Below are positions 1 to 9,458 of a stretch of DNA of 50,492 nt, one piece after another. The stretch covers positions 1 through 50,492 of the forward strand of contig JBDRKX010000096.1 in assembly GCA_043813605.1 (NCBI GenBank), read 5' to 3'. Position numbers and translations under genes: made by a program. The first letter of the stretch is position 1. Each line of letters begins with the position of its first letter. A model generated the notes under the pieces. That model did not search any database, was not told the DNA's origin, and saw nothing but the letters and a program-made list of their open reading frames with translations. The stretch comes from Elusimicrobiota bacterium. GTDB lineage: Bacteria; CG03; SLGR01; JBDRKX01.

Positions 1-10
1 ATTTATGCAT
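1..10 (-). CDS. 5' end of a gene running off the window (M-H-K...)
   Basis: Minus strand reads AGGAGG-aaaaaccg-ATG CAT AAA; strong SD, with an extended -10 just upstream. Confidence 0.6.
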
Positions 11-44
11 CGGTTTTTCCTCCTGATTCTTTTTTAGCTGAAAT

Positions 45-53
45 ATTATATCA
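45..53 (-). promoter_or_regulatory. Extended -10 sigma70 promoter for the off-window gene
   Basis: TGATATAAT (TGn-TATAAT) on the minus strand about 35 nt upstream of the ATG at 10. Confidence 0.5.
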
Positions 54-238
54 GGTTTTTTGGATTAACCGATGTTTTTTTATGATATCACTACTTTAAA
101 CAACTTTAAGACGATAGCTCCAACTTAAATAAGAAAGAACCATACTTTTCACCGGAACATTCCTGATAAGCGGTGTACCGGAAACTATAACAGCTCAGAT
201 AACAGCTACCCTCAGGTACTGATAATCTGACGCCCTAT

Positions 239-286
239 TGCCCCGCCCGAAGGTAATCTCTATTACCCCGGGCGGGGCATTTTTTT
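239..286 (+). terminator. Intrinsic terminator (GC-rich hairpin plus U7)
   Basis: TGCCCCGCCCG(239-249)...GGTAAT-ctct-ATTACC...CGGGCGGGGCA(269-279), followed by T7 (280-286) on +. Confidence 0.7.
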
Positions 287-360
287 GTATTAACAGCGGC
301 AAGAACCGGCATACCGGCAGAGTACAGGTGTTTGTTCCCCGGTTTTCTTTTCTCGTGAAA

Positions 361-1073
361 TTATTTGTCTTCCGGGTCTTTTAAGATGTAGCCTATGTTC
401 CTGTAGGATCTTATCAGATCCCCCGGCGGGCCAAGTTTTTTTCTCAGGTTAGCTATATATGAGTAGAGTGTCCTTGAAGAAACGATCTGATCTTCTCCCC
501 AGGCATAACGATAACCTTTTCCCTTTCGATTATCTTGCTTCTGTTTTTCATCAGGAACTTCAGTATCCTGAATTCCTTGTTGCTAAAATCGACCAGGCGG
601 TTATCGATCTCTACAACCATTCTTTCAGGATCAAGGACAATAGACCCGGAAACCAGTACATCTTCAGCTTCTTCACTGATTGATATTCTTCGAAACATCG
701 CTTTTATCCTTGCCATCAATTCACCCGGGTCGAACGGTTTTGCGATATAGTCGTCAGCCCCGCAATCCAGGCCCTTTATCTTATCTATATCAGCGGACCG
801 GCAGGAGAGCATGATTATCGGGATAGCCCTTGTCCTTGGGTCTTTCTTAAGTATATTGCATACCGCTATACCGCCTATTGTCGGGAACATCACATCAAGT
901 ATGATCAGGTCAGGCAGCTCCTGATAGGCTTTTTCAATGGCCGTTTCAGTATCTGTCGCAATGATCACTTTATAATTGTCCGAGATTATCCTTTTAAGCA
1001 TATCGATCATCTCTGTCTCATCGTCTGCAATGAGTATTGTCGGTAAGCTCTTTTGAATGTCCCGCCTAGTCAT
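361..1073 (-). pseudogene. OmpR/PhoB-family response regulator with a 1-nt frameshift near 510 (pseudogene or sequence error)
   Basis: REC domain (ILIADDE, DLIILDVM, KPF). The winged-helix tail RYAWGEDQIVSSRTLYSYIANLRKKLG...RNIGY continues in another frame to TAA at 361; adding one base gives 237 aa. Confidence 0.85.
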
Positions 1074-1146
1074 AATATTTTTCCAGCAATATACTGTATT
1101 CCGCTCTTTTAGCAAATCGCAGAATCAACAACGGTTCTTTAAAAAC

Positions 1147-2248
1147 CTACGATTCAGCATTCATATTAAGATACGCATCTATAAACTCGTCGATCTCTCC
1201 GTTCATCACTGCATCTATATTTGATACTTTTACTCCCGTACGGTGGTCCCTTACCATCTGATAAGGCATGAATACATAAGACCTGATCTGATGACCCCAT
1301 CCTATTTCTCCCTTTTCATCATAACGCTGTTGCGCTGCCGCCCGTTTTTTATCTTCCTCATATTCATAAAGCCGCGATTTCAAAAGCAGCATCGCTGTTT
1401 TCTTGTTAGATAACTGTGATGGAGAATCCTGGCACTGCACTACTATCCCTGTAGGGTGATGGGTTATCCTCACAGCTGAATCCGTCTTGTTTACATGCTG
1501 TCCGCCATGGCCGGAAGCTCTGTATGTGTCTATCCTGAGATCTGCGTTATTTATATCTATATTTATATCTTCTTCTACGTTAGGTATCACATCGCATGCT
1601 GCAAACGAAGTATGGCGTCTTTTTGAAGAATCGAACGGAGATATTCTTACCAGACGGTGAACGCCTGTCTCACCCTGCAGGTATCCGTATACATAGTCCC
1701 CGCTTATGATCATTGTTATCCTTTTAATACCGGCTTCATCACCCGGAAGTACATCCAGCACTTCAGTTTTATAGCCGTTCTTTACAGCCCACTGTCTGTA
1801 CATCCTTGTCAGTATCTCCACCCAGTCACAGGATTCTGTTCCGCCTGCTCCTGCGTTCAATGTGATGATAGCATCCTTTCTGTCCATCTTTCCCGACAGT
1901 CTGAGCCGGAATGATATCCTCGATACCTTTTTTTTCAGGTCTTCCAGTTCAACTGATATCTCGTTCAGCAGCGTATCGTCCTCTTCTTCTTCGGCGAGTT
2001 CTATCAGGGTCTTAATATCATCTATTGCACTCTTAAGACCGGTATAGAGCTCTATATCGGACTTGGCGATATCCAGCTCCTTCATTACCTTCCTTGCGTT
2101 CTCGTTGTCGTTCCAGAAATCGGGCTGTGAGGTTTTTGCCTTAAGTTCTTCTACGGTTTTTTCTTTTTTCGCCAGTTCAAAGAAACCCCCTTATTTCTTC
2201 TATCTGCCGATCGAGTTTTACAGCTTCGTTTTTGCGGTCTTCCAGCAT
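1147..2248 (-). CDS. prfB: Peptide chain release factor 2, programmed +1 frameshift
   Basis: SPF and GGQ motifs; SD + ATG at 2248 opens 23 codons ending AGGGGG TTT CTT TGA; the +1 frame joins the 1147..2085 ORF. Confidence 0.97.
2176..2191 (-). promoter_or_regulatory. prfB +1 ribosomal frameshift site
   Basis: AGGGGG-TTT-CTT-TGA-A: internal SD, CUU-U slippery codon and in-frame UGA. Confidence 0.93.
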
Positions 2249-3696
2249 CTTGTCTCCTTCCATACTGCGGCCAGCAAGGCCAGCATACATAAATAAACAA
2301 AAATGTCCCCATGCTTCGCATAGAAAGTCGCTCCGGCACTTTTCCCGACATTACCGTTAAGCACTCCTTCCTCGAGGAGAGCAGTCCTTGAAATAATCCT
2401 GCCGGACGGTGATATCACTGCGGATATACCCGTATTTGCACTCCTGATAACATAGGTCCTGTTTTCAACGGCGCGTACGACATCATGTATAAGATGCTGA
2501 TGCGGACCGGCCGTGTTCAGAAACCACCCGTCGTTTGTTATGTTCACGAACAAGTTTGCGCCGTTCCTGAAAAAAGTCCTGACATGACCGGGGAATATGC
2601 TCTCAAAACAGATTGCTGTTGAAATAACATAATCCCCGGCTTTCAGCAGCCTGTATTCGTTCCCGTTATCAAAATCTCCAAGGTCATTTACAATATCCGC
2701 AAAGAACGATATATACTTCCTGAACGGAAAATACTCTCCAAAAGGAAGTATATGTATCTTTCGATACGGCTCTGATACGCTGCTGCTCGGAGACAGGACA
2801 TATGCGCTATTATAATAATATCCTCTTGTCAGCTCAACACTTCCTATGATCTCATACGCTCCCGCTTCATCAACAAGCCCCTGTATCGACCCGAGTAATC
2901 CGTCAGTAGAAGTAAGAGCTTCAGGCGACGATGTCTCAGGCCATACGATCAGTCCCGGGCTATAGAGCGCGGCCTGTTCATGCAGCCTTCTGTAGGTATC
3001 CATTGTTTCCGCACTGTAAAGCGGATTATATTTTTTATACTGAGATATATTTCCCTGCAGTATGCTTACCTTCAGTTCTTCTCTTGTTTCATTCCCGGCA
3101 ATTACGATCAACCCGTATATGCTCAATAAGACCAGTACTACTGCCGCATAACATGCCGGAATAACCTTTTTCCTGACGACTGCTTCAGATAACGCACTAT
3201 TCACGAACAGCACGATAAAGCTCAGTCCATAGACACCGGTTAAACTGGCAATCTGCATCAGGACCACTGTCTTCCACAGACAGTAGCCTGTCAGCAACCA
3301 GGGAAATCCCGTAAACATATAAGTCTTCACATATTCCAGCAGTACCCATATGCACGGCAGAAGAATTACGGCATACTTCATTTTCAGATTGTATACGGTA
3401 TGTACTGAAATTCCGAACACTCCCCAGTAGAGTCCGAGATAAAGTGACAATAGTACCAATCCGATAGCAGCGGAGACAGGCGATACATCGTTCATCAGCA
3501 GTGTCGGATACAGCCAGTAAAGAAGTATGAGGTACGCTGCTGTCCCGGCTGCCCACGAAAAGAAAAACACCTTCTTTGGGTTTTTTGCGGTACGGGCAAA
3601 TATTATGAGCGGTATGAATACAGCGGGAAAAAAAAGATAAAGGCCGAACTTTGGAAAAAGCAGCGGGAATAATACACCTGAAACTAGTGCCAGCAA
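2218..3696 (-). CDS. lnt: Apolipoprotein N-acyltransferase
   Basis: Multi-TM N-terminus; GFPW, QGNI, VWPE, K..LPFGEY, ICFES, NDGWF and ANTGIS motifs. Confidence 0.95.
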   Translation of the reverse strand: MLALVSGVLFPLLFPKFGLYLFFPAVFIPLIIFARTAKNPKKVFFFSWAAGTAAYLILLYWLYPTLLMNDVSPVSAAIGLVLLSLYLGLYWGVFGISVHTVYNLKMKYAVILLPCIWVLLEYVKTYMFTGFPWLLTGYCLWKTVVLMQIASLTGVYGLSFIVLFVNSALSEAVVRKKVIPACYAAVVLVLLSIYGLIVIAGNETREELKVSILQGNISQYKKYNPLYSAETMDTYRRLHEQAALYSPGLIVWPETSSPEALTSTDGLLGSIQGLVDEAGAYEIIGSVELTRGYYYNSAYVLSPSSSVSEPYRKIHILPFGEYFPFRKYISFFADIVNDLGDFDNGNEYRLLKAGDYVISTAICFESIFPGHVRTFFRNGANLFVNITNDGWFLNTAGPHQHLIHDVVRAVENRTYVIRSANTGISAVISPSGRIISRTALLEEGVLNGNVGKSAGATFYAKHGDIFVYLCMLALLAAVWKETRCWKTAKTKL

Positions 3697-3700
3697 TCTA

Positions 3701-6556
3701 TTACCTGCCGCAGCAGTGCTTGTATTTTTTTCCGGATCCGCATGGACAGGGCTCGTTTCTGCCGACTTTGTTCTCTACTACCCTCTGTTTGACTACAGTC
3801 TGCCCCGGTAATGCGCCCCGTTCTGCACCGGCCATCATATTGTTTTCCCCTACAGGCAACCGGGCTTCCGGTTTGATCTTCTGCGCATTGCCATAACCGG
3901 ACAACTCTGAATCCAGTACCTGGTGTGTCGCCCTGAAAAGATAAGTTAGTACTTCCCTCTTTATAGTATCCATGAGCATGGCAAATGCGATAAAGGATTC
4001 TCTTTTGTACTCGACAAGCGGGTCCTTACCTCCGTAAGACCGGTACGAGATCCCCTCTTTCAGATGGTCGATCTCATAAAGATGGTCTTTCCACTTATTG
4101 TCTATGACCTGCAGCAGTATCATCCTCTCCATATGCGAGAACTCTTTTTCACCAATACCCTGCTTTCTTCGCTGGTATAGTTCCTTTATCCGGTCTTCCA
4201 GGTGTTTTCTGATGCCGTCCCTTCCGTAACGGTATCCGTCTTCGATTTCGATATTGATACTTATCCCTAGAGATGTCAGCAGTTCCGATGTGAGTCCGTT
4301 AGTATCCCAGGCTTCCTGGTGCTGCTCTTCGGATATGTATTCTTCAAGCAGCATATCCACATAATCATCAATAAAACCGGTTATCTCCTCTGCAATGTCC
4401 TGTCCTTTAAGTATCCTGTTACGGTGAGTGTATATTGTCCTGCGCTGCATATCCATCACATTGTCGTAATCAAGAAGCTGTTTCCTTATATCGAAGTTAT
4501 ATCCTTCGACCTTCTTCTGCGCGTTTGCTATCGCGCTCGATATTAACGGATGTTCAATATTCTCGCCTTCCTCCATCCCGCCGAGCTTATCCATTATTCC
4601 CATGATCCTTTCTGATCCGAAGAGCCTCATGAGGTCATCTTCAAGCGAAACATAGAATCTTGAAGATCCAGGGTCCCCCTGCCGGCCGGAACGCCCGCGA
4701 AGCTGGTTATCAACCCTTCTGGATTCGTGCCGTTCCGTTCCTATTATCAGCAGCCCCCCGAGCGCGATAACTTCATCGTGTTCTTTATCGGTCTTTTCCT
4801 TGAAGGAATTGTAGAGTCTAAGAAACTCTTTTCTTGCTTTCTCGTCTTCTTCATTCCTTGCAGGCGATTTTTCCGCCGCTCTGACTATGAGGTCATGGTC
4901 CCAGTTGTTTCTTGTCATCTCCTCCTTTGCCAGGTATTCGGGATTGCCGCCGAGAATGATATCGGTTCCCCTTCCTGCCATGTTTGTAGATATGGTCACT
5001 GCACCCTTTCTTCCCGCCTGGGCAATTATTTCCGCTTCTTTTAAATGGTACTTGGCATTGAGTACATTGTGCTTGACCCCGCGGCGCCTGATCAGATTCG
5101 CTATTCTTTCGCTCACCTCAATGGAACGTGATCCGACGAGAACCGGCTGGCCTTTTTTATTAAGTTCTACGATCTCATCTAATACTGCGTTAAACTTCTC
5201 CCTCTCCGATCTGTAAATGCTATCGGGATATTCCTTCCTTGCCAGTTCTCTGTTCGTCGGTATGGGTATGACTTTCAGATTGTATATCTTGAAGAACTCA
5301 TTCTGCTCGGTAAGCGCCGTTCCGGTCATGCCTGCGAGCTTATCATAGAGTTTGAAGAAATTCTGGAATGTGACAGTGGCAAGTGTCTGGTTCTCACGCT
5401 TGATCTTCATTTTTTCCTTGGCTTCTATCGCCTGATGCTGTCCGTCGGACCACCTTCTGCCGGGCATCAGCCTGCCGGTAAATTCGTCTACTATGACTAC
5501 CTGCCCGTCTTTTACTACATAATCGACTTCTTTCTTGAACAGGTGATGAGCTCTCAGGGCCTGGTTGATGTGGTGAACCCACTCAGCAGGATTATTTTCA
5601 AAATCATGGATTTCCTCATCGACAAGACTTATTCCTAATAATTCTTCACATTTCTGCATACCCTCTTTGGTAAGATGCGCATTTTTGTGTTTTTCATCTA
5701 TTATGGCATCAAATCCTTTTTCAAATTCATCTGTATAGTGTCCCGCCTTGCCTGCATCTTCAAACTTCTTCTTCTCGTTGGATTCTTCCTTGGCAACATC
5801 GGCTATGATCTTCGGCTTCAGTCTGGGAATAATCCGGTCTACCTTGAGGTACTTGTCGGAGGATTTGCCCGCGGGCCCTGATATTATCAAAGGGGTTCTT
5901 GCCTCGTCTATCAGTACGCTGTCTACCTCGTCGATGATGGCAAAACTGAGATTGCCCTGGACCAGATGCTCGGGCGATATAGACATATTGTCCCTCAGGT
6001 AATCAAATCCGTCTTCGTTATTAGTTATATAGCTGACATCACATGCATAGGCTTCCTTGCGCTCATCATGCTCCATGTCGCTCTCGATGAAACCGACAGT
6101 CATCCCCAAGGCTCTGTAGGCCGGCCCCATCCATTCTGCATCCCTTCTGGCAAGGTAGTCATTTACTGTTATGACGTGAATTCGGTCCCCTGCAATCGAC
6201 TGGAGATAGACTGGGAGCACTGCCACGAGGGTTTTACCTTCGCCTGTGGACATTTCGGCGATATTTCCGGCAAAGAGTACGGCGCCGCCTATCAGCTGGA
6301 CATCGAAATGTCTCATTCCTATGCTCCTGCGGCAGGCTTCCCTGGCTGCTGCAAACGCTTCGGGCATCAGGTCATCCAGCGATTCGCCTGCCTTATAGCG
6401 TTTCATAAACTCTGCTCTTTTGTCTTTTAATTCTTCGTCGGAAAGGGCTTTTATATCATTCTCCAGAGCATTTACTTTGTCTACAAGCGGGTGGAGTTTC
6501 TTTATTTCCCTGGCAGACGGTGAACCGAATATTTTATTTATTATGAAATTAAGCAT
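3701..6556 (-). CDS. secA: Preprotein translocase ATPase SecA
   Basis: TGEGKT, DEVDS.LIDEARTPLIISG, TNMAGRGTDI, RSGRQGDPG; C-terminal CPCGSGKKYKHCC. Confidence 0.99.
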   Translation of the reverse strand: MLNFIINKIFGSPSAREIKKLHPLVDKVNALENDIKALSDEELKDKRAEFMKRYKAGESLDDLMPEAFAAAREACRRSIGMRHFDVQLIGGAVLFAGNIAEMSTGEGKTLVAVLPVYLQSIAGDRIHVITVNDYLARRDAEWMGPAYRALGMTVGFIESDMEHDERKEAYACDVSYITNNEDGFDYLRDNMSISPEHLVQGNLSFAIIDEVDSVLIDEARTPLIISGPAGKSSDKYLKVDRIIPRLKPKIIADVAKEESNEKKKFEDAGKAGHYTDEFEKGFDAIIDEKHKNAHLTKEGMQKCEELLGISLVDEEIHDFENNPAEWVHHINQALRAHHLFKKEVDYVVKDGQVVIVDEFTGRLMPGRRWSDGQHQAIEAKEKMKIKRENQTLATVTFQNFFKLYDKLAGMTGTALTEQNEFFKIYNLKVIPIPTNRELARKEYPDSIYRSEREKFNAVLDEIVELNKKGQPVLVGSRSIEVSERIANLIRRRGVKHNVLNAKYHLKEAEIIAQAGRKGAVTISTNMAGRGTDIILGGNPEYLAKEEMTRNNWDHDLIVRAAEKSPARNEEDEKARKEFLRLYNSFKEKTDKEHDEVIALGGLLIIGTERHESRRVDNQLRGRSGRQGDPGSSRFYVSLEDDLMRLFGSERIMGIMDKLGGMEEGENIEHPLISSAIANAQKKVEGYNFDIRKQLLDYDNVMDMQRRTIYTHRNRILKGQDIAEEITGFIDDYVDMLLEEYISEEQHQEAWDTNGLTSELLTSLGISINIEIEDGYRYGRDGIRKHLEDRIKELYQRRKQGIGEKEFSHMERMILLQVIDNKWKDHLYEIDHLKEGISYRSYGGKDPLVEYKRESFIAFAMLMDTIKREVLTYLFRATHQVLDSELSGYGNAQKIKPEARLPVGENNMMAGAERGALPGQTVVKQRVVENKVGRNEPCPCGSGKKYKHCCGR

Positions 6557-6590
6557 ATTGTTTTCTTACACATGTCTGTTATCAGCAGAT

Positions 6591-6620
6591 ATTATATCCG
6601 TTTACAACCTTTACTGTCAA
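6591..6620 (-). promoter_or_regulatory. sigma70 promoter for secA
   Basis: TTGACA-N18-TATAAT, overlapping the uvrC stop codon. Confidence 0.7.
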
Positions 6621-7876
6621 CCGATTCCTGATTTTTTTTCCCTCCTTTTAACATGGTAGGAATGCGCAAAACGATGCGCTTCGTCAGTTATCCTCTTAAA
6701 GAGTTTATAGATCTCTGAATCATTTCCGAGAGCAAGCGGTTTTCCCTTGAAATATATATTCTTATTGTCTTTAGACAGAGAAAGTACATATATATTCAAA
6801 CCCAGCTCTTTTACTACACTGCGCGCTGCGGATTCCTGTCCTCTTCCACCGTCTATAAGCAGTATATCCGGTAGTTTCTTGTTCTCTCTTATGACCCTTG
6901 TGAGCCTTCTCAAGAGCACTTCTCTTAACATATCGAGGTCATTAAAAGTCTCCGCCTGCTTGATTTTATACTTTCTATACGAGGATTTATCGGGTTCGCC
7001 GTTTCTGAAATAGACCATGCTTCCAACGGCTTCTTTTGAGGTTGTATGAGAAATATCATATCCTTCTATTATCTCAGGTTTCTTATCGGATTTAATAATA
7101 TCTTTCAGCATATAAAGAGGGTCGATTTTACTCAGTACATTCAGTCTCTTCCGGTCTATCCCCCTTATATTAACCACTGGAAAGAATTTCGCTATGCTTA
7201 CCATCATATCCCTTATTTCAGCTGCTTTCTCGTACTTCTGTTCCTTCCCGAAGTATTCCATCCTGGTTTCCAGTTTAGTAAAGAGCTTCTCATGATCACC
7301 ATCCAGGAACATCTTCACTTCATCTACTATCTTTTTGTATATATCCGGAGCAATGTTTCCTGTACAGGGAGACAGGCACCTGCTGATCTGGAAGTTAAGG
7401 CAAGCTGTCTCTTTTTCGCTGAAATTTTTGCACTTCCTTAATTTAAATATACGGTCTATTGTCTTCATTATCTGGTTTACATCCCAGACATTTGGAAACG
7501 GACCATAATAAACAGACCCCTTTTCCCGGCTCTTGATCCTGACTATTTTGAGAGACGGATAATCTTCGGACGCGGTCAATTCTATATACGGATAGCTTTT
7601 ATCGTCTTTTAGGGCTATATTGTACCTCGGCTTAATATCTTTTATCAGCTTCTCTTCAAGAACAAGCGCCTCCTTCTCGTTATCGGTTACCATATAATCC
7701 ACAGTTTTAACCTGTGAGATCATAGCTATATGCCTCGTATCGTGTTTTTCTTTTCCGAAATGCGATCTTACCCTTTTAAGTATTGATTTAGCTTTGCCTA
7801 CATAGAGTACCTCGGCGGAACTGTCCATAAAGAGATACACGCCCGGTTTATCAGGAAGATCTGTTATTTTGTTCAT
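6617..7876 (-). CDS. uvrC: Excinuclease ABC subunit C (short form, no C-terminal HhH)
   Basis: GIY-YIG (PGVYLF..YVGKAK), Cys cluster, UVR domain (YEKAAEIRD), RNase H-like domain (EGYDISH, LIDGG, DEAHRFA). Confidence 0.9.
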   Translation of the reverse strand: MNKITDLPDKPGVYLFMDSSAEVLYVGKAKSILKRVRSHFGKEKHDTRHIAMISQVKTVDYMVTDNEKEALVLEEKLIKDIKPRYNIALKDDKSYPYIELTASEDYPSLKIVRIKSREKGSVYYGPFPNVWDVNQIMKTIDRIFKLRKCKNFSEKETACLNFQISRCLSPCTGNIAPDIYKKIVDEVKMFLDGDHEKLFTKLETRMEYFGKEQKYEKAAEIRDMMVSIAKFFPVVNIRGIDRKRLNVLSKIDPLYMLKDIIKSDKKPEIIEGYDISHTTSKEAVGSMVYFRNGEPDKSSYRKYKIKQAETFNDLDMLREVLLRRLTRVIRENKKLPDILLIDGGRGQESAARSVVKELGLNIYVLSLSKDNKNIYFKGKPLALGNDSEIYKLFKRITDEAHRFAHSYHVKRREKKSGIG

Positions 7877-9450
7877 GATTTTTTAAAATAGTTCCTGACC
7901 TGTTTCAGTTCCGGTACCGCCAAAGCATATGATATCATTATATAGATCAGGCCGCCGGTAATGATCATCAGCGGCAGCACAACATACCGGGACAGTGAAC
8001 CTGTCATTGACATCAGCCTGAATATGGCGATCCCCATTATTACAGCAGCCAGCACATGTCTTGCAATGGACCCCGTTAATCCGCGCGTGGCTTCTTCCGG
8101 CCCGTATTTCTTTCTGAAAACTGCTGTTAAGACAAGATAATTAAAGGCCGATGATACGGATGTGGCAAGTGCAAGTCCGCTCGCTCCCAGTGAAAACCTT
8201 ATCATATCTACGGATATTACAACTACATTCAGAATCACATTCAGCAGCATTGCCAGAGATGCGATTATAACCGGGGTCCTGGTATTCTGGAGCGAATAGA
8301 ACGCACTGGTTACTATCTTTACACCTGCAAAAAAGAAAAGCCCCATAGCATAACAGGATAATATCAATGCAGTTGCTTTTGTATCAGCTGTTATGAACCT
8401 GCCGCGCTCAAATAACACCCGTATCAGCGGGTTGCCCAGGAGTATCAATCCCACCATTGCAGGCATTACCAGGAACGAAACTGTTTTTATCGAGAAAGAA
8501 AAAGTGTCTTTCATATTATCCATCTTGTTTCTTGCGGCGTCTTCGGACATCATCGGCAGAGCGACGGTAGCTACAGCTGTGCCGAAGAGTGCCAATGGAA
8601 GCTGAACCAGCCGGTTTCCGTAATAAAGATGAGTAACGCTCCCGGTTTCTAACAGCGTTGCGCAAATAGTATCAACAAATGAATTGATCTGCATTACCGA
8701 TATACCCAGTACAGCCGGCAGCATAAGCCGCCCTACCTGTTTCAACCCGGGATGCTTAAAATCAAATACAGGCAGCAGGTTCCTTGTCCTTTTTAATACA
8801 GGAATAAGCTGAAATCCAAGTTGTGCGAATCCGCCTATAAGCACTCCTACAGCAAGACCGCTTATCGGCAGACGCATAAAAGGACAGATAAACAATATGA
8901 CCAGTATTTCCGAGATGCTCAGCATTACAGGGGCAATAGCCGGAACAACAAACATCCTCCATGAATTCAATATCCCGAGAGTGATAGCACCTAACCCTAT
9001 AGCCATCAGGAACGGGAACATGATCCTGGTCAGATAGACCGTCATCCGGAATTTCTCTGGATCACCCCTGAAACCCGGAGCTATCAGGGATACTATCAGC
9101 GGAGCGAATATTATTCCGAGTACTACCAAAACGATAAATAAAAGAGAAAACGCTCCAAAAACAACTTTAATAAGCCTGATTGATTCCTTCTCGTCTTTTC
9201 TGGTAAGGTATTGTGTGTATACCGGAATGAAAGATGTTGAAAGAGATCCTTCACCTAACAATCTTCTGAGCAGATTTGGTATGCGGTACGCTACGAAAAA
9301 GGCATCTGCAACCATTGTCGCACCAAAATAATTTGCTATGAGCATGTCTCGCGTATAACCGAGTGTCCTGGATACAAGAGTGGCTATAGACACCGATGTA
9401 GCCTTGCTTACAACAGTCTCATGCTTAATAGTCGTTTCCCTGGAAAACAT
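7873..9450 (-). CDS. murJ: Lipid II flippase MurJ/MviN
   Basis: SRTLGYTRD, AYRIPNLLRRLLGEG, NRLVQLP motifs; many TM helices. Confidence 0.96.
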   Translation of the reverse strand: MFSRETTIKHETVVSKATSVSIATLVSRTLGYTRDMLIANYFGATMVADAFFVAYRIPNLLRRLLGEGSLSTSFIPVYTQYLTRKDEKESIRLIKVVFGAFSLLFIVLVVLGIIFAPLIVSLIAPGFRGDPEKFRMTVYLTRIMFPFLMAIGLGAITLGILNSWRMFVVPAIAPVMLSISEILVILFICPFMRLPISGLAVGVLIGGFAQLGFQLIPVLKRTRNLLPVFDFKHPGLKQVGRLMLPAVLGISVMQINSFVDTICATLLETGSVTHLYYGNRLVQLPLALFGTAVATVALPMMSEDAARNKMDNMKDTFSFSIKTVSFLVMPAMVGLILLGNPLIRVLFERGRFITADTKATALILSCYAMGLFFFAGVKIVTSAFYSLQNTRTPVIIASLAMLLNVILNVVVISVDMIRFSLGASGLALATSVSSAFNYLVLTAVFRKKYGPEEATRGLTGSIARHVLAAVIMGIAIFRLMSMTGSLSRYVVLPLMIITGGLIYIMISYALAVPELKQVRNYFKKS

Positions 9451-9458
9451 GCTCTTTT

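Noticed and set aside
150..240. Glycine, TPP or SAM riboswitch (CTCAGGTA, CTTATCA fragments)
   Set aside because: Only isolated words match; the other conserved aptamer elements are missing and no downstream gene has the right orientation
2151..2351. 66-aa minus-strand ORF
   Set aside because: Alternative frame over the lnt end and prfB start; explained by those genes
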